From assembly GCA_034408725.1 (NCBI GenBank), contig JAWXCN010000204.1, forward strand, positions 1 to 16,764: a DNA stretch of 16,764 nt. The letters are read 5' to 3'. Source of the DNA: Candidatus Hydrogenedentota bacterium. GTDB taxonomy: Bacteria > Hydrogenedentota > Hydrogenedentia > Hydrogenedentales > SLHB01. The notes under the pieces are model-generated. The model made no database searches and was not told the DNA's origin. It was given only the letters and a program-made list of their open reading frames with translations. Each line of letters opens with the position of its first letter. Within the stretch, counting starts at the first letter, position 1. Position numbers and translations under genes: made by a program. Of the stretch, positions 15,792-16,764 are shown piece after piece.

Positions 15792-16764
15792 TTTAAAGCG
15801 CCTGCGCATCACCGTCGATATGCTTGGACTGATATCCGCCACAACCACCGTGATGTTGTCGCGTCCGCCATTGTCATTCGCCATTGCAACAAGCTTGGGC
15901 ACGATCTCCGCCGGCGACACATTCTTGCGGAACTCCGGAATGATCTCCGCGTCCTTGCACATGTTGACAAGGCCGTCCGTGCAAAGCAGCAGCATGTCCC
16001 CGGGTACGATATGCCAGGTGTAGGTATCGATATCGACGACCGGGTGCGTGCCCACGCTGCGCGTCACAATGTTTCGGCGCGAATCGGACTCCGCCTCGGA
16101 CTTCGACATCAACCCAAGCTGCACCTGCTCGTCCACCCACGAGTGGTCCTGCGTCTTCGTAAGGATTTCGCCGTCGCGCAGGTGGTAGCAGCGCGTATCG
16201 CCGACGTTCCCGATATACACCTTTCGCGGCGTCACGAGCGCGACGATCAACGTCGTGCCCATCGGTCTATCGCTCTTGATCAAATCCTGGTTCGTTTTGT
16301 AAATATTGTCGTTCGCACGGGTAATCGCGTCCTTGATAATTGGCAAAAACGCTTCGTCTTCACCCGGTTCACTTGGCGGGGGTGGCGGCGGTTGCCGCAT
16401 CAAATCTTTCACAAGGGACACCGCCAGCTTGCTCGCGATCTCGCCGCCCAAATGTCCACCGAGACCGTCCGCGACAACGAGCAGCGCACCTTCGCATGCC
16501 GACAGACTGCGGCTGACCTCGTAAGAAAAGTCGACATGCCCCGGCGTGTCGATGAGGTTCAGGTTGTAGACCTGCCCGTCCTTGGCCGTGTACTGAAGTG
16601 ACGCGGTCTGCGCCTTGATGGTGATGCCGCGCTCGCGTTCGATGTCCATCGAATCGAGGATCTGAGCCTTGGCCTCGCGCGCGGAAACGGCGTTGGTGGC
16701 CTGGAGCAGCCGGTCGGCAAGCGTGGACTTGCCGTGGTCGATGTGGGCGATGATGGAGAAGTTA
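15678..16764 (-). CDS. PP2C (PrpC/Stp1-like) Ser/Thr phosphatase with C-terminal TM helix, joined in frame to a LepA N-terminal fragment (5' end off-window)
   Basis: PP2C motifs [45 protein letters not shown] and GGRDNITVV, and a hydrophobic C-terminus. The frame stays open to the window edge through LepA sequence. Confidence 0.85.
   Translation of the reverse strand, partial: NFSIIAHIDHGKSTLADRLLQATNAVSAREAKAQILDSMDIERERGITIKAQTASLQYTAKDGQVYNLNLIDTPGHVDFSYEVSRSLSACEGALLVVADGLGGHLGGEIASKLAVSLVKDLMRQPPPPPPSEPGEDEAFLPIIKDAITRANDNIYKTNQDLIKSDRPMGTTLIVALVTPRKVYIGNVGDTRCYHLRDGEILTKTQDHSWVDEQVQLGLMSKSEAESDSRRNIVTRSVGTHPVVDIDTYTWHIVPGDMLLLCTDGLVNMCKDAEIIPEFRKNVSPAEIVPKLVAMANDNGGRDNITVVVADISPSISTVMRRRFKSFSRKRGAGILWFLLWLIWTALSMSFGYFLAVGFGDH
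16473..16764 (-). other. lepA: Elongation factor 4 (LepA) N-terminal G-domain fragment
   Basis: [20 protein letters not shown]...[17 protein letters not shown]...[30 protein letters not shown] covers G1-G3. It ends before DAxQG and G4. Confidence 0.93.

Noticed and set aside
14305-16764. lepA-lepB operon
   Set aside because: The lepA fragment and lepB are on opposite strands, separated by other genes, and the lepA piece is probably misjoined.

Overview
GC-rich bacterial chromosomal window. (1) A minus-strand operon (3805->1) encodes an FHA-GAF-PP2C(SpoIIE-type) phosphatase, an RsbW-type kinase and a STAS protein with an intact DSSG phospho-site, followed directly by mlaE- and mlaF-like ABC genes. 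This is a partner-switching module with no sigma factor in view, joined to an MCE/Mla-type transporter. (2) A divergent TPR lipoprotein follows. (3) A lower-GC accessory patch (~4520-7270) downstream of tRNA-Ser(GGA) holds two tandem PD-(D/E)XK-like proteins with ExQ motifs (one DUF4268-like) and a frameshifted methyltransferase remnant. (4) Next come divergent tRNA-Ser and tRNA-Ala genes, a candidate small peptide ORF and a MITE-like inverted-repeat element. (5) Then a secreted repeat protein, a receiver-only response regulator, a beta-helix protein, chrA, a DinB-family protein and a REP-like palindrome cluster. (6) A PHP-lepB-lpxH operon follows. (7) At the right edge, a LepA N-terminus is joined in frame to a membrane-anchored PP2C phosphatase, most likely an assembly chimera.
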